Shown in pieces: positions 62,647-64,000 of a DNA stretch of 64,000 bases; position 1 is the stretch's first letter; every line of letters begins with the position of its first letter. Under the pieces are notes generated by a model, which saw only the letters and a list, made by a program, of their open reading frames with translations, did no database searches and was not told the DNA's origin. A program made the translations under genes and the position numbers. This DNA comes from Elusimicrobia bacterium RIFOXYA2_FULL_39_19 (lineage in GTDB: Bacteria > Elusimicrobiota > Endomicrobiia > CG1-02-37-114 > XYA2-FULL-39-19): contig MGVC01000014.1 in assembly GCA_001800285.1 (NCBI GenBank), positions 1,756-65,755 on the forward strand. The letters run 5' to 3'.

Positions 62647-62901
62647 TTATTCAATAATCTCAACCGTTGCTCTTTTATCAAGTTTTGCTGCTGCAGAGCT
62701 TACTATGGTGCGGATTGATTTGATAATCCGGCCCTCTTTTCCGATTATTTTACCACGGTCTGTATCAGATACTTTAAGCTCTAGTATTGTAGATTTGTCT
62801 CCCTGAATCTCTTTTACTTCTACGCTTTCCGGGTTATCAACAAGTGCTTTTGCAATCTGCACTACCAACTCTTTCATTTTCATCCTCCGACTAAGTAACA
62901 A
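62647..62901 (-). CDS. KH-domain RNA-binding protein (YlqC-like).
   Basis: ..GKIIGKEGRIIKSIRTIV.. is a KH GxxG motif. It sits between rpsP and rimM, as is typical. The true start is probably an internal Met (MKMKEL / MKEL). Confidence 0.75.
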   Translation of the reverse strand: MLLSRRMKMKELVVQIAKALVDNPESVEVKEIQGDKSTILELKVSDTDRGKIIGKEGRIIKSIRTIVSSAAAKLDKRATVEIIE

Positions 62902-62915
62902 TCACTTTCAACTGG

Positions 62916-63164
62916 CTACGCAACTACTTCTTTTGCAGATTTCTTAACCAGCACGGAAACAATATCAGAAGGCTGGGCTCCGCATTTTATCCAATAATCG
63001 TATCTTTCGTTGTCTAAAGTAATCTTACTTTTTTGCTTTTTGGGATCATAATGGCCTAAAGTTTCGATAACTTTACCGTCTCTTTTCTTACGGGAATCGC
63101 ACACAATTATTCTGTAAACAGGTTCTTTTGGACGTCCGCATCTTTTTAATCTAATTTTTACCAC
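62916..63164 (-). CDS. rpsP: 30S ribosomal protein S16.
   Basis: MVKIRLKRCGRPKEPVYRIIVCDSRKKRDGKVIETLGHYDP is a canonical S16. Confidence 0.9.
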   Translation of the reverse strand: MVKIRLKRCGRPKEPVYRIIVCDSRKKRDGKVIETLGHYDPKKQKSKITLDNERYDYWIKCGAQPSDIVSVLVKKSAKEVVA

Positions 63165-63248
63165 GACTTATGTAATCACCTCCTGACAAATACTACAAAG
63201 ATAGGTCATTTTACTTTTAAATAATGATTTTGTCAATGGTTCCGGCTG

Positions 63249-63932
63249 TTAAAACTGGACGGATACTGACTCAATTACTTTTTGCAGTTTTTGGTAGGTT
63301 TGTTTTGGTGTTTTTGCGCCAAAAACAGAATTTCCACAAACAAGCAACTGGGCTCCTGAGCTTACAACCAATGGTATATTTGACTCATCAATGCCGCCAT
63401 CAACTTCAATTATACAGTTCAAATTTTTTGATTTTATGTATTTATTTAAGATTTCTATCTTGTTTTCCGAACCCGGAATGTACTTTTGGCCGCCAAATCC
63501 AGGCTCCACGCTCATTACAAGCACCAGGTCTAGCAAATGAATGTAAGGCATTACACTTTCAACAGAAGTGCCCGGTTTTATGGAAATGCCGGCTTTTTTA
63601 CCGTAGCTTTTGATTTTTTTGATTATTTCTTCCGGTTTCTGGCTGCCTGCTTCAAGATGAATTGTAATTAAATCAGCTCCTGCATTGGCAAACATCTCAA
63701 TGTATTTCATTGGGTCAGAAATCATAAGGTGCACATCAAAAACTGCTTTTGTACACTTCCTGATTGATTTTATTACACACTGACCGAAAGTAATATTAGG
63801 CACAAAGTGTCCGTCCATCACATCAATGTGCAGATACTCAACGTTTAATTCATCCAGCCAGCTTAACTGTTCGCTTAAACATGCAAAATCAGCAGATAAA
63901 AGCGAAGGAGCTATTTTAGCTTTCATTTCCAT
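63249..63932 (-). CDS. rpe: Ribulose-phosphate 3-epimerase.
   Basis: ..IAPSLLSADF.., ..LHIDVMDGHFVPNITFG.. and ..DVHLM.. motifs are present. Confidence 0.85.
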   Translation of the reverse strand: MEMKAKIAPSLLSADFACLSEQLSWLDELNVEYLHIDVMDGHFVPNITFGQCVIKSIRKCTKAVFDVHLMISDPMKYIEMFANAGADLITIHLEAGSQKPEEIIKKIKSYGKKAGISIKPGTSVESVMPYIHLLDLVLVMSVEPGFGGQKYIPGSENKIEILNKYIKSKNLNCIIEVDGGIDESNIPLVVSSGAQLLVCGNSVFGAKTPKQTYQKLQKVIESVSVQF

Positions 63933-64000
63933 TATAATTCCTTCTCTTCAACAAGTATATTGTTTATAAACACCCTTAATTTTGATTTGCCTTTTTTCAT

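Noticed and set aside
63932-64000. 22-codon minus-strand reading frame (..MKKGKSKLRVFINNILVEEKEL*) ending in TAATG overlap with the rpe start.
   Set aside because: It is probably the C-terminal tail of an upstream gene whose body lies beyond the window end. It is too short, and the ATG at the window edge cannot be shown to be a start. Not called as a feature.

Overview
This 64-kb window is AT-rich bacterial chromosome. Almost every gene is on the minus strand and packed tightly; the only plus-strand genes are tRNA-Glu and tRNA-Leu. Several start codons have GGAGG-type Shine-Dalgarno sites. Two proteins carry a classic T9SS type-A C-terminal sorting domain. Together these point to a Shine-Dalgarno-using member of the FCB-type groups rather than a Bacteroidetes, but phylum cannot be assigned from sequence alone.

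The left 30 kb is the striking part. A co-directional cluster encodes a membrane-anchored protein with FliG middle and C-terminal-like domains, then MotA, then two tandem MotB/OmpA paralogs. The two MotB genes are separated by four tandem ~77-bp hairpin repeats. A periplasmic TPR protein follows, then a 6,857-aa (20.6 kb) secreted repeat protein. That giant protein has two duplicated ~900-aa N-terminal modules, dozens of FN3-like repeats, an eight-unit propeller-like repeat block, a ConA/LamG-like domain, CarboxypepD_reg-like domains and a T9SS C-terminal domain. Downstream of it lie a CarboxypepD_reg-domain protein, a FecR-domain protein and a further secreted protein. I read this as a candidate surface adhesin plus stator-like motor (gliding/adhesion) system not organised like the known GldLM, AglRQS or flagellar systems. 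This is a hypothesis.

Elsewhere the window holds a tRNA-Glu followed 123 bp later by a 38-nt copy of its own 3' end, beside a truncated GalT fragment. A T9SS-tagged S8 protease sits next to a PorV/PorQ-like outer-membrane barrel. There are adenosine/MTA salvage genes and a RecJ carrying an inserted DEDDh exonuclease domain. A DnaA-like AAA+ protein lacks the DNA-binding domain IV and shares a novel C-terminal domain with its proline-rich neighbour, beside a lone pilT. There is also a central-metabolism string, tRNA-Ser, smpB, tRNA-Leu, a single-domain response regulator, xerD-topA-dprA, cell-envelope genes and the conserved rpsP-KH-rimM-trmD-rplS-rnhB-yraN-comM block.

I found no CRISPR array, rRNA, transposase or phage genes.
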